The notes beneath the pieces were generated by a model that did not search any database, had not been told where the DNA came from, and saw nothing but the letters and a program-made list of their open reading frames with translations. 64,000 nt of DNA from assembly GCA_036172245.1 (NCBI GenBank), contig JAYWIR010000010.1:4402001-4466000 (forward strand), written 5' to 3'. Each line of letters opens with the position of its first letter. Position 1 is the first letter of the stretch. Position numbers and translations under genes: made by a program. This stretch comes from Raillietiella orientalis (taxonomy: Eukaryota). Positions 27,520 to 39,700 of the stretch are shown piece by piece.

Positions 27520-28200
27520 CGTCACTGGCCGTGGCTCTTCTGATGTTTCCAGAAGATATGCCAGGAATACCGGAAGTTCCAGAACGCCACTTCCTTCCCG
27601 ATTTCCTCCGCCTGTTCCTTCGGCAGTCCCCTCAGTTCTTCGTCGTTCACTTGTTTGCCAGATCCGAAGGAGGAGAGCTCCTCGATGCTGGACTTCCAGA
27701 GCCGCTGCTCAACACTCGTAGGGGAGAGGGACACCAGTCTCTCCACCCTGGAGCGCGCGATGCCGGGACACCTTGTCCCGCTCCCTCCGCAATCGCTATC
27801 TGGTCGCCCACGCGTCGCGGATGTCATAGCCCATCCCGTGTCTCAAGCGCCTTCCTCACAGGCGACCGGTGCCGTCCCTGACTGTACATTCGGCCACCAT
27901 CCTTCTGCCCGTCACCACGGGGAGCCAAGAGTGCTCGCGTGACCGACCCTCCGTGGCTTCCTCCGAGGACACGCTGCCCTTCGTGCCGGACTCTTTCTTG
28001 GGCACCTGGGTAGACGACTTTGACAAGGTCCCGTTAAATCACAAGCAGCGGGAAGTGACGCTGCTGCCGCTGAGGTCCCAGCTGCTGCGCTTAAAGAACC
28101 CAGCGCGTTTTTAAATTCCCTGGAGTCAAGAAAGGTCGGAAGCCGGACTGCCTCGTGGTTTGTGTCCGGCAGCTCGAAATCACCGAAAGGGACGACCGAT
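27520..28200 (-). mobile_element. Decayed LINE AP-endonuclease fragment (C-terminal half)
   Basis: In order on minus: frameshifted (G)DFN-like GAT-TT-AAC, GYDIRDAW (DL.D.W), ARSRVERLVS (SRIDR...S), GKEVAFWNF (G...WKLN). This is the motif order of L1/Tx1 endonucleases. Confidence 0.5.
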
Positions 28201-28956
28201 CGACCTTCGGCGAGGAATTTCGCAAGACCCGAGGGGATCCAAGAACCGCGCCCGGTGACGCGTCGGCGCCGGAAGGAGTGTAGATCGAAAGGCTTGCGGT
28301 TTCGGGTGCTGGGATTAGCAGCTCGTTCCGCGTGGCGCGTGGTTGTTCCTTCCGCGCCGGACAGGGGAAGCGGGCCGTGCGCCGCCCCACGCCCGCCTAC
28401 GCCGCGCGCGCTGCGCTCGGTTTCCCGGAGCTCAGTCGCGCGCGGACGGCTCGAGCAAAGCTGATAGAGCCATAAATGCGCATCGCCTGCCGTTACCCGT
28501 GAAACGAGAACTCCATGCTCTCTGCCTTCCGCGCGGCGGTGGGGAAGGAAAACGCGAGGCCAGCCGTCCCTCGCCGGCAAGGAAATCAGAAGGCGGGGAG
28601 AAAGAAAGCGGTCGGTCGGGAAGACACGTGTTTGAAGGCAATAAACCGCGAGCAGAAGGGAGGGACTTGGAAGATACCGGCAGTCCTGGAGACACTTCGC
28701 TTCCGCGCGGGCGGCACAGACGACCCCTCTGCACGCAGTGCTGCCCTCCGTGTCGCTCTTCAAAGTACTATTGGAGGACACCTCCCCCCTCCTCCTCCTT
28801 CTCCTCCTTCACGTCAAACGAGTCGCTGAGGAAACGCCTGCGCATCCACTGCTCCCGAGTAACACCGATGGAAGAATGCGGTTCGAAAGGTCCAGCTGGA
28901 AGCTATCTGACCTGCATCCTTCGAGTGCACTCGGAAGCCCCCCCTGCATGTATGAA

Positions 28957-29401
28957 GAGCGCGCGATCAGCGCGGAGGCCAACAATGCAACCTAAAAATA
29001 CAGGGCGATCGCGGCTCGACGCTGCTCCGGCCCGAGTCCGGCTCCGCGGCGTGACGTCAGAGTGCGCGATCAGCGCGGAGGCCAACAATGCAACCTAAAA
29101 ATACAGGGCGATCGCGGCTCGACGCCGCTCCGGCCCGAGTCCGGCTCCGCGGCGTGACGTCAGAGTGCGCGATCAGCGCGGAGGCCAACAATGCAACCTA
29201 AAAATACAGGGCGATCGCGGCTCGACGCCGCTCCGGCCCGAGTCCGGCTCCGCGGCGTGACGTCAGAGTGCGCGATCAGCGCGGAGGCCAACAATGCAAC
29301 CTAAAAATACAGGGCGATCGCGGCTCGACGCCGCTCCGGCCCGAGTCCGACTCCGCGGCGTGACGTCAGAGTGCGCGATCAGCGCGGAGGCCAACAATGC
29401 A
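28957..29401. repeat. 103-bp tandem repeat, ~4.3 near-identical copies
   Basis: AACAATGC recurs at 28981, 29084, 29187, 29290 and 29393 (period 103), with only isolated substitutions. Confidence 0.97.
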
Positions 29402-31479
29402 GTCTTCTTGTCGCCGCGAAGCCGCGCTCGAGCTTTGCCGATTTCAAGTCGCTCTGTGTCTCGCGACGAGATGAGCTACTTGCGCGGCCAGCATCCCTCA
29501 TCCCTCTTCGCATGCGACGGGGGAATTTCACCGGCTCATAAAGAAGATAGTGGCTCCCTCTTCTCAAAGCAACAACAACAATGAGAACAACACAGACCTG
29601 GTCGTCTTGTGTCGTATCTTGGGAGGGCACGGCAGGTCGCACGCTCCTCGAGCGAAGCTTTTAACTGGCAATGTATTGTCTTTACCATCCGTTTGCGCAT
29701 TCGTGTCAACTTGCTGCAGCCAGACTAGAACGCCCTCGAAACACCCAGAGAAAACGCTCTGCTCCCTTCCTCCTTGCATGTTCCCGGATCCAGAATTCTC
29801 TCCAGGTGAACTTCCGTCTCGTCCGCGCACGAGAATCTCGAGAGAGGCGAAATCCTTTTATAACTTGGTTGCCGCTGCTGAGGCGATGGACATGGATTCC
29901 TTACGAAAGACATCCATCCATCCTCCGCCCCATCCATCGAGCGGACAAGTCGAGGGTCAGAATCGAACCTCGTGTCTCCCAGTCATCAACGGGAGAAGAC
30001 CTTCCGGCGCTTTCTCGGGGAGAGAGAGAGAGAGAAAAAACACGCGGTCTTCCGTTGGCGGGAAGAGATCGAACGCGAAGGATTTTGAAAGAGCGGCACC
30101 TCATTCACTGCGGGGGCGAGTTCCACTGGCAGCATCCACGAATCTCTTCCTCCTGTTCAGACCGGACAAAGGAACGCCCTAAGCAGGATGGTGTAAGGGT
30201 GGGAGGTCTACGATGGTCCACGAAACCCCCTCAATGCTTCATGGACCATCGTGGGCAGCATGGATAAGTCCGAACGCCGTAGCCGGATGGCACGCTGCCG
30301 CGGCCGTGGAGATTCGGCGGAGTTCGAACCCATCGGCGATGGGACCGACCGAACGGGATTTTCCCCTCTTCGCCGGAAGAGTGAGCGTCTGCCAGTCTCG
30401 TGCCACCGTAGCAGCCTCTTTCCATGCCGTTTGAAAGCGGAGGTGAAGAGGAAGGGACGATACGGACGGAAACAAAAGAGACGCGGAACTCTGGTAGCTC
30501 AGGAAATGCCATTCGGATAGGAAGGCGGGGGGGGGGGAGGGAAGAGAGAAGAAAAAAGAACTATTTCCGGCGACAAGGAGGCGGAGGGAGCGCCGGGTTG
30601 AATCCCATCCGTCAGGCCAGTTCTCTCGAGCCAGAGTCACCTGTAAGTTCACAAATCATCTCGTGGAGCTCGGGGGCATCCCTTTTACTACTGCTCGTAA
30701 AACTCCTTGAGCAGTAAAAAGAAGAAAAAACGGAGACCCCATCAGATACGGAAGGATCTCTTTGCAGAGAGGCGCCGTTGAGGATCCGCGCCTGCGCGGC
30801 CACGCAGTAGGAGAGCGAGGCTCGCTCGAACCGCGCCAGCGCTTTCCTCGCGTCGATCTCCGCCCGGCCACGGCAACAATGACGGTGACGCGCGGGACAC
30901 CTCCGAGGAGGGAACGGAGGGGGAGGGGGTCATGACGCAGTCAGCACGTCCCGCGGGCGGACCCGACGGCGGCGTTGAGTGGAAGAGCCGATAGGGAAGC
31001 GGCGGCAGCCCGTTCGCTCGGACCCATGGGGATTTTCGCAGAGGCCGCGGAAACTCCCATGGGTTCCCATCTCGCCGAAATCGAGGACGAGTGGACTGAG
31101 AACGAGATCGAGTGAAGAGGCGCTGGAGGAGGAGAAACCAAGCTCCCGTACAATAGGCGGATCGAATCGCCGGGAAAGGGACGCAGACAGGACGACAGAT
31201 GGGAACGCGCGGAGCTCGAAACGAGAGGCGCGCTGCAACGATCCTCCTTCCCAGAGGGAGCAAGGAACGGGGAAGCATTCAGGATGAACCTGGATGGAAG
31301 AAGATGGAAATGGATGGAATTCGGATGAAGCTCCTGGATGGTACGTCGAGAGAGATCTCATCCGGAATCTGATAGCTGAGGAGGAGAGGGGGGAAGAGCT
31401 CTAAGCGGAACGCGACTACCTACTTGCCGATCCCGGGAGGCGAAGGGAGAACCCGGCAGCAGCGTTGAAGAGAGAGCGC

Positions 31480-31990
31480 CAAGAAGAGGACACCAAATGC
31501 AGGCGTCCCTCTCTCCTCCGGCGGAGGGAGGCCCGCTTGGGCGACACCGCCGGTGCTCCCGGGAGCTTTGTGGTCGAAGGACGAGGAGGTGCTCACGGAA
31601 CGCGAAATGCCTGGCCTACAATGCATGCGCCAGGGACATCGTCCTGGGTCGCCACCCAGGAAGAGCAGCTGCTGGCGAGCCCCCAGGAGGCTGACAAGAT
31701 AGTGGGAGTCGGAGAGGATAATAGCTTGCCCTGTCCTCTTTATCCTTCCCCCAACATCCATGACGCGCACCAAAGTTGAACAACAGAGTCCACGCGTCCT
31801 CACTACGAACTAACAAGGCCAGAAGGAATCCGCCGAAGAGCTGGAAAAGCATTCACGGAACCACGTGACGAATCCAGAACAGCGAGGCAGTTTCCGGAGA
31901 AAGCATGCTCCTGGACAAACTTATCACCCCTTTACGTTCCATCCCCGGGAATCGGCGGAATGTGGCGTCTTCCAGAGTCCACGGAACGCT
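31480..31990 (+). mobile_element. Possible decayed LINE reverse-transcriptase fragment
   Basis: GRHPGRA (G..PGRS-like), then LNNRVHASSL..NKA and SEAVSGESMLLDKL, loosely resembling 'LD..KAFD.V.H..L..KL'. Confidence 0.3.
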
Positions 31991-34900
31991 TAGCTTCTTT
32001 ATGCGATGGTTTTTCCTTGTCTGCTGGAAGAGGAAGAACGTCTTCCGAGTAGTTTTTTTCGTTCGATACCGTCGAAGCACCTGAGATTGCACTTCGCCGA
32101 TGGTGGGTGGGTCGTAGTTTGGGGTTCTCAGGAAACGGGACGCGATGCCGCGCTCGATGTGCCCGTCTGCTCTGCAAACGGTTGGGAAGGAACCCGCGCG
32201 CCCCGCCCTTTCGCCAGGCTCCCAGCAGGACACCCCACCCCGAGGCGAACCGTGCGCCGAGATCGGCCCAGATCGAAGTGCAGAAGGCGCGCGGGGCCTC
32301 GGCGTCGTGAAAACGGGGTGGGGCCGCTGCTGCATTCGGGAAACGAAAACCGGAGGAGAGCACGCGGCCGCAGTTCCTCCGGGGCCCGCGGCGTGTAGCA
32401 GCAGCACTCCTGCTACCGGAGTCCCTGCAGTGTGCGAAAACCGGCTCCGTGCCCGCTTTACTCGCGGCCGCGCGCCGCTGCCTGACCCGCAGCGCCATAC
32501 GCATTGTTGCCAGGAGGCGCGCTGTGCCGGGTATTGAACCCGCGTTCTCTTCAGAAATTCACGCTGAGGCGCGTGCTGCTGCTCTTTTAATTAACGCAAA
32601 CCTACGACCATGTACAGACCTAAGTTTGGACAAGCTGAAATTTTTCACACTTCGGGAGAATTTCGGTTCCATCTCTTTGTTTCTGAGCGCTCGCAGGGAA
32701 TGCCGAAGAGGTCCTTCGAAGGTGTCCTGAAAGACACCGGTAGATCGAATTCTCTCCGACTTTCCTCTTTCGTCTTCCTCGTCCCTTCCTTGCTGAGTGA
32801 ATGCTAAGCGATAGGAAGAGCTTGAGGAAACCCTACATTCTCCCGACCCGCCCAAGCAGCTCAAAAGGCAGCGAAGGGACGGAAAGCGACGTGGATATCC
32901 ACAGCCCTCCTCCATCCGTCCGGAGGAGTGACGGCCGCTCTCGGGGGCCTGCAGTAAAGCGAGAGACGGAGGCGAGGAGGAGGAGGAGAAGGCGCTCCAA
33001 TTGGCGGAACCGCTGCTCCGAAGATCCTGGCGGCACGGGCAGCCTCGATCGCGCTCGCGCCGCTCCCGCGGGATGGACGGGAAGACGGTCGCTAATGAGG
33101 CGGCGTCCCACGGAGCGCGAGGGGGAGGCTCGACCCGCGCGGAGGAGATGGGCACGGGAGGAACAGCGCGGCGCGGCGTCCTCAGACGCCAGGAAAGTGG
33201 GCGCAGGGATCTCCCTCTTTTGGCAGCGGAATTCTTCCGCCGCCGGCGGCCCCGCGTGTGGAAATTCCACCCGACGGGGTTTTGGGTTTCCGAGGAAACG
33301 AGGTTGCCGTGCCAACGAGGCAAGCCGGTCGCTTAGCGAGTTCGAGGGAACACCCGCGAGGCTATTTCTGTCCGCTGCGCCACCGGTGCCTCCAGAGAGC
33401 AAGGCTGCCGGGCTCCCGACGACGGCGAGAGCCGATGTGACGTCTTCGCCGGTAGCTTTCCGGAACGGTGTGGGGTGACCGCCACGGCAGTGTCGGAAAG
33501 GAGGATGACGTCACCCCCACTCCTGCGCTTCTCTGCAGAGGCTCGGAAGGACACCTCAGTCGATTCGTCCGTCCACAGTGCCGGTCCCCGGAAACGACCG
33601 CGGGGCAGCCGCAGGAGGGCCCCAGAATCGACAGGGCTGCCGAGATTGACCCTCGCTTGCTGGCAACACCGCCTGGCTCCGTCAGGACGGAGGAAGCCGC
33701 ACTCCTAAGCGATGGCGCTCGCGTCCGACGGGAAGCCGCGGCATTCAATGGCCAGGCTTCGGCTTGAGGGACCAGCCAATGCCGGCTGCAGGTCACCTGA
33801 ACTGCCCACTGAGCCTCTCGCTTGAAGCGGTCCGCGACCACTGGGCGGCTTTGCAAATCCGCTGGAAAACGCGGGTGCCACCACGGCGCCATAGCGCGCG
33901 CGCGCTGAGCTGAGCGCCGGAAGGAGGCGCCGCGCGGACAGACGCGAGTGGTCCGCTGCGAAAGTCCGGGGTTTTTGAGGGAGACGACAGGCGCATGGGT
34001 TCCACAGCAACCCGCCAGGAAAGCAGGCGGACCGAGGCGACCCGGGGAACGTGCAGCATCCAAACGGGCCCACCCGGTCACCGCATCGAGAGCCCCAACC
34101 GAGGTCGCGGGACGCCCGAGGGGACGCAGGTCACGACGAGCTCGCGCACGCCTGAGTCGCTTACCGCACCCGCGGGGAACCTGCCGTCCCCCCGCCCCTC
34201 ACCGCAGGGCAAAAAGCGTCCCCGTCCCTCAGGGGCGCGACGAGACGGGAACCTCCTCTTTCTCTCATCTCAGGACAAAGGGGAAGACTCCACAAAGAAG
34301 CAAGCGGGGCCGCTGCCGATGGTTACTGGCCATGGTGCAGGTGACCACGCCAACGATGGACGACGTGGCAGCGATCGTCATGACGACGACGAGAACGACT
34401 GCGTTCACGGTGGTAGCGTACAAGCGCCATGGCGGAGGTGCCTGGGTTATCGGCGAGGAGCTGCCGAATCCTCTGGACGGGGAGTCGCGTTCCGCCTGGG
34501 ACGAATACGGGGGAGGGAGGAGGGAAAGGAAAGAAAGAGGAAGAGGAGGAAGGGAAGAGGAACGCTCCGGCGACGACTCGATAGAGCAAGGAGTCCCTGC
34601 CAGTGGCCACCTCTGGAATTCCTGAGACCGCACTGCCTGAACGAGGGAGTGGCGGGCAGGGGACGCCTCCCTCTCCTTCCCCCACCGCCACCCTCTCGGG
34701 TGTCCGTTCGGCCTGGCGGCAGGCCGGACTCCTTACCGCTCATGGGAAAGACGGGCACGGAGTCCCCCTAGACGAAGCACGAGGGCCGACAGCGTGGCCC
34801 GCGACCGGGTCAGGGTGCATCTCGAGCATCTCATGGGGATCCCGTAGATGGGTCGGAGGGGACGTCGGACGCGCAGTCCGCTGCCCGGAGGGCTGGAAGA

Positions 34901-36105
34901 AAGGCGGAGGGAAGCGCCGATTTTCCTGCGACTGCGCCTCCTCGTCGGGGCGGGCGCGTGGCAGCGGCCTCTCCTGCTCGGTGCTTCTGCACGCGGAGGG
35001 CGCGAGGCGGCGGCCGGAGGGAGATGCAGGGGTGCCCTTTCAAGGCCGACCCTCCCCTCCAAGGACACAGCTCGTCTTTCTTGCGCCGGAGGTGCTGGGC
35101 TCGTCCGGAGACCTCGGGTGCTCGCCGTGCGCCGCAGGACGGTCCATCCGGAGCAAAGCGGCTCAGCTCTGCCCTCCTCCCCCTTTCCGCACGCCTGCTT
35201 CCAGGCAATGGCTGCCCTGATCCAGCACCGGAAGTTGGCGTTCCCGCCACCCTTCAGAGAAGCGTGTGCACTCGACTGGGGCCTGTTTTCTCCTCCTCCC
35301 CTCCCTCTAACCCCCAGGCAGCGAGGATTGTCTCGCTCTTGATGCTAAAAATAACTTCGGCGGGAGAGAAGCGGCTTCTCTGTTCCATGACAGGCAGCGC
35401 CGCCGCGTGACGCGTCGGGGGCCACTTGCTGACCCCCGCTCGTCCCCGCTGCTAGGGTGAGCATCCAGCAAGGCGGAAGTGGGGAGGAGTGCCGCGAGAG
35501 ACGGCGTCCATGGCAACAGTCGTTCCCCCCTCGGACGACGCGGTTTCGCGCGCGCACCCCAGCGAATGAGCTCGGTGAAGGACAGAGAAGGTGTGGGAAG
35601 GGGTAGGAAGGCGTCCTCCTCTCCCCCACCCACCCCCCATCCCTGCGTGGGATGTCACCCGATTCCGGCAAGGGGTGCGCGCTCTCGTTGCGCCCCACCT
35701 TTTGCTCGGCCGGCCGGCGGCCACCGCTAAGTCGAGTGTCGCTACGAAGGAGCAGAGGAGGGGTAAGGCGGTGGTCACCGCATCGACCATGTGCTCCGAC
35801 TCCTCTCTCGGAAGATCATTCCTGGCACTGCATGTCGTCGTCGTCCCGCGGGTTCTTCCTCTCATCTGGCTTTCAGCCTGCGGGCAGCGAGCGCTCGCGC
35901 GGGGGAAGCGTCTGCAAGGAGAGAGCGCCTCCGTTCGCGCCGGCGCGGCACACCAGGGCGACCGCTATTTAGCGCCTCCGACGGATTGTTTCCGAAAGGC
36001 ATTGTTGGAAGGAGAGAGGGGTGAGAGGGGGGAACGCCAGACCCGAGCGCGCAGGCGCGCTCGCGCGCGCATCGGGTAGCCGCGACCTTGTCCGACCGGG
36101 CTTAC

Positions 36106-36406
36106 CTGGCGGGCAGGTGCAGCTGCCGCTGCGCGCGGCGTCCCTGTGAAGCGGCGCCTCGCGCGCCGTCCGGTGGAGCCTCTCCCGGGCGTCTCCCGCG
36201 CCGGCTTCGCCGAGGATCCTGGCCTCCAGCGCAGCGACCCTCTCCTCCAGGCGGGAGTGCAGCACCAGGGAGTACGCGGCCAGCAGCATGAAGGCCGCGC
36301 ACAGCACGTGGAAGGACGTCTTGAGGAGGAGTGGCAGGGGCCGCCGCCCCGGGCTGGCAGGGGGCGGCGGCTTGGGGCAGTTCGGGGCTGCTGCTGCTGC
36401 AGCCAT
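36106..36406 (-). CDS. col-99: MACIT transmembrane collagen (col-99 / COL13A1-COL23A1-COL25A1 family), first coding exon
   Basis: ATG at 36406 gives MAAAAAAPNCPKPPPP...TSFHVLCAAFMLLAAYSLVL (type II TM helix), RLEERVAALEARIL (coiled coil), RTAR|EAP (furin site, as in vertebrate collagen XXIII/XXV R-x-A-R-E-A-P), then CTCPPG. The exon ends at a phase-1 donor CCAG|GTAAG at 36105. Confidence 0.88.
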
Positions 36407-37412
36407 CGCCGTCGTCGTCCGCCTGTCGCTGTCCCGCGCGCGCGACCCGACCGCCCGCACTTCGCTTCTCACGCGAGGACGCCGCAGCAGCGCTCCGCCG
36501 CGATCTGCGTCCGCATGGCAACTGAGCAGGCGGCTGGCTCGCTGCCGAGGGGTACCCCACGCGGGCGCCGCTCGAGCGCGCGAACCCAGCGCGTTTTCCA
36601 GGGCCGGGGGGACGCGCCCGAACAACCTCCTCCTCCCCCCTTCCTCATGGTGCGAGAGCACGAACCCACGGCGTGCGGGTATCAGACAGACCCCACGCCA
36701 CCGAGACCGGGGAAAGGGATGAGGGACGGAAGCTCCCCAGCTGCCGCTGCCGAGCGGGTTCCTGACGTCACACGAACGCACTTCACCCTCCTCTTCTCCT
36801 CCCTGGGGGCGCCAACAGGCAAGGGGCCGCGCCGCCGCCGCTGTCCACGACACGCGGTGCGGGAAGCGCGCTCGCTCGCATCCTTCCAGCTTTACCCCTC
36901 AGACGGCCGGCCGTCCGCGGTTGTGCCATCTACGAGCGAGAGACAGTACTTCCAGGCTCTGTTTCCGAAAGAGAACGTGGAAGGCAGTGGAGTTGCTCAT
37001 CTGGGGTGGACGGGAAGAACGTGAGCTATAGGAACCACGTGCCAAATTGCTGACAATGGTGCGTGCGTGCATGCGTCAACGAGCTCCTTCCCCTCCCCCC
37101 CCCCCATACCGTCCGCCTCCTCACCGTTCCTCTTCTCCTGAGGCTCTTTAGCCAGCGGCCGTACCGTTCTCTCCTCGCGCGCGGCGGCGGCCTTCCTGGA
37201 GGCGCGCCTCTAGGGGGGAACCTAAGGGTCTCCTCACGGCCAAAGAGGGAGCGCCCCTGCCCCAGCACTCATCCCAGAGAAGCAGACGCAGCAGCGCAGC
37301 TCTCCTATGGCCTTCGGAACTGCAGAGGCTATCGGAAACGACCCTCCGCACGGGTCTCTCAGCCCCCTACTGCTGCTACACCGTCGGAGTTGCGCCTCCT
37401 CCCCTCCCCTTT

Positions 37413-37545
37413 TCATCGTCGTCATCGAAATCGTCATCGACGTCATCACCATCGAAAAAAGTCAAAAACTTTCGTCTTCTCCCCATCATCATCACCATCG
37501 CCACCACCATCATCGTCATCTTCTTCCTCATCGTTGTCATCATTT
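37413..37545. repeat. Degenerate (CAT/CGT)n trinucleotide repeat upstream of the collagen exon 1
   Basis: Imperfect CATCGTCATCAC tract. Confidence 0.85.
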
Positions 37546-38859
37546 CCGTCCTCCTTCTGTATTCGCCCCAGGCGGGGAGTGTCTCCCTCGTCTGGAGGGG
37601 GATTGGACGCCACCTCCTGCGCCCCGAACCCACCGTGCGGCTACCTTCGTTCTCCGTGAATCTCCGTCGCCTCCGCCGGTCCCACCGCCACAGCACTGTT
37701 GTCCGTAGGGTGACGATGATGAAGATCATCATCATCATTTTTCAGCAGCAATAGCAGCACGGGGAAGGTCATCGTCCTCGGCGGCGCGCCGCCGACAATG
37801 CAGTCGTCCTCGTCTTCGCCATGACGATCACTGCCTCGTCGCCCATCGTCAAGCAGCTGTTGGCTCTCCTCTTTCCGCGTGCTATTGGCCCCCTGGGTTC
37901 CAAGGGTCGGCGTCTCTTCTACCTATTCGCTGTGGGCTTCCACCACGCTGCTCCCCTTCGCTCCGGAGGGAGTCTGTTCTGCGCTGCGGGCCTCTTCCGC
38001 CCGGCAAGTCGCGGGCCGCCTGCCCGGCCGCTCGCGCGTCTGGCCCGTGGTGCTGTCTGGAAGGAGGGGTGGGGGGGATCCTTTGCTTGCAGCACCCCGC
38101 GGTGCGCGAGCAAACGCCCGGCGGCTCTCTTCTTCGGCGGGGATACTGGGGCCTGCGCAGCTCTGCGAGCTCTCCCACGACAGGCGCGCGCGCGAATTCC
38201 CCGTTCCGTTTGCCCACTGGCGACAGCGGCGTGGGAAGAAACTTTGCGGGAGCTTGCCATTCCCGAGCTCGCATGACGTCACTCTCGAGCGTGACTCCTC
38301 CTTCTCCTCTCTTATGGAGTTCCCCTCGCGCCCCATCCCCTTGCTTCAAGGGAGCAGTCCCTCGAGATTCACCGAGGGCCTCCTCCTCCTGGGGAAGACG
38401 GCGTCCCTGCTTCCCCTCGGCGGCGCGACAGCCCGGGAGACGCAGAAAGGGAAGCAACCCGGGGTCGGCGCTCCCCAGGGGAACTCCGTGGGGGTCAGTC
38501 CTTTCCTGCGACCCTAGAGGCAGAGAGGGGAGGCGGCGGCGACCGGGCGATCACCGCCTCCTGGAGGACAGTGGTGGGGGTGATGGATCCTGGGCGTCCC
38601 CTGTAGCCCTCAGTCCGTTCTTCTCCCTCACTCAGAGCCCACTGATGGACCGTGGTCTCCCTATGCACCAGTCTCAGGGGGGCGGTCCCCTTGGGGCGAC
38701 AGGAAGCTGCGTAGGGGTCCCTTTCCCTGAGAAGCGAAAGCGAATGACCACGGAGCTCCACCGTCCCTACGATTTGCTTTCTGTGCCGTTTCCCATAGGA
38801 AAGATCTGGAAGCTCGCGGGTTCCGCGGGGGTCGTGCCCGGGTCATGGGTGGCCAGCAG

Positions 38860-39700
38860 AATTAGGACTTGTCCTCTGGCAGGGAAAGACGAGGGGGAAG
38901 CTGGAGGACCTGGCGGAAGATGTCATGCTTCGTCGAGACTGTCCCGCAGCATCTGCTTCCAAGAGACCATGGGAAGAACAAATCGCGCCGTCCAGACCAG
39001 GGTCGGCAGTGAAATTTCCGCCTTCTCTGGAGTGGTTTCTTTGGAGGGCAGGAACGGGCGGCGGCGTGAGTCACGTGGTGAGCCGGTGAACTCTTCCGGG
39101 AGCGATCCGAGCCTCCGAAAGGGAAGCTTCGAAGACGACTCCCTAGATGGCAGCACTGCTGGAGCTCTGATTAACGAGAAAACCTTTCAGTATGCAGCGG
39201 CGACGTGCACCGCGAGGCAGTGGACGCGCCGCCAACCTGAAACACGAAGCTGGGCCGAAAGATCCTCGGCAGACAGCTGCAATTAGAATGCTTAGAGCCT
39301 GTCGAAAGACAAGGTCGGGCTCCTCGAAGACTGGTCTTGGGAAAGTTGTGCCTTTCGTAGCGAAACTCCCAAATGGCTTCAGACAAGCAGTTCTGTCTAC
39401 TTAAGAGAGGACGTTCTTATCTCAGATGAGGAAGTGCATCTTTGCATTTCGGCATGCAAAAAAGACATTCAGGAATGTATGGTTTTCCTCAGAGAGAGTG
39501 GAGCGCGGACTCTCTTGACACGTCCCAGGAAGTTTCCATCCAAAAGTACTTGTTGGATAACGAGAGAGGAAACGACTGAAACTGAAGGGCATCGTCCGTA
39601 GTTTCTGATTTAAAATACCTCTTTCTTCACGCTCTCCAATCTGCCTGGGAGTTCCATAGCTGCAGTCTTCTATGACACCATCGAAATGACCCTCTTCCGT
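38860..39700 (+). mobile_element. Decayed LINE ORF2 AP-endonuclease fragment (L1/Tx1-like)
   Basis: The translation contains SICFQET (APE 'ICLQET' motif) followed by frameshifted, stop-riddled sequence. Confidence 0.45.

Noticed and set aside
28957..29401. CRISPR array
   Set aside because: The units are identical end to end with no unique spacers, there are no cas genes, and the context is eukaryotic.
1400..36000. Many long overlapping ORFs (e.g. 14055-15218, 22227-23561, 23825-25063)
   Set aside because: Arg/Pro/Gly/Ala-rich, present in several frames on both strands and running through microsatellites. This is expected from stop-codon scarcity in GC-rich intron DNA, and no domains are visible.
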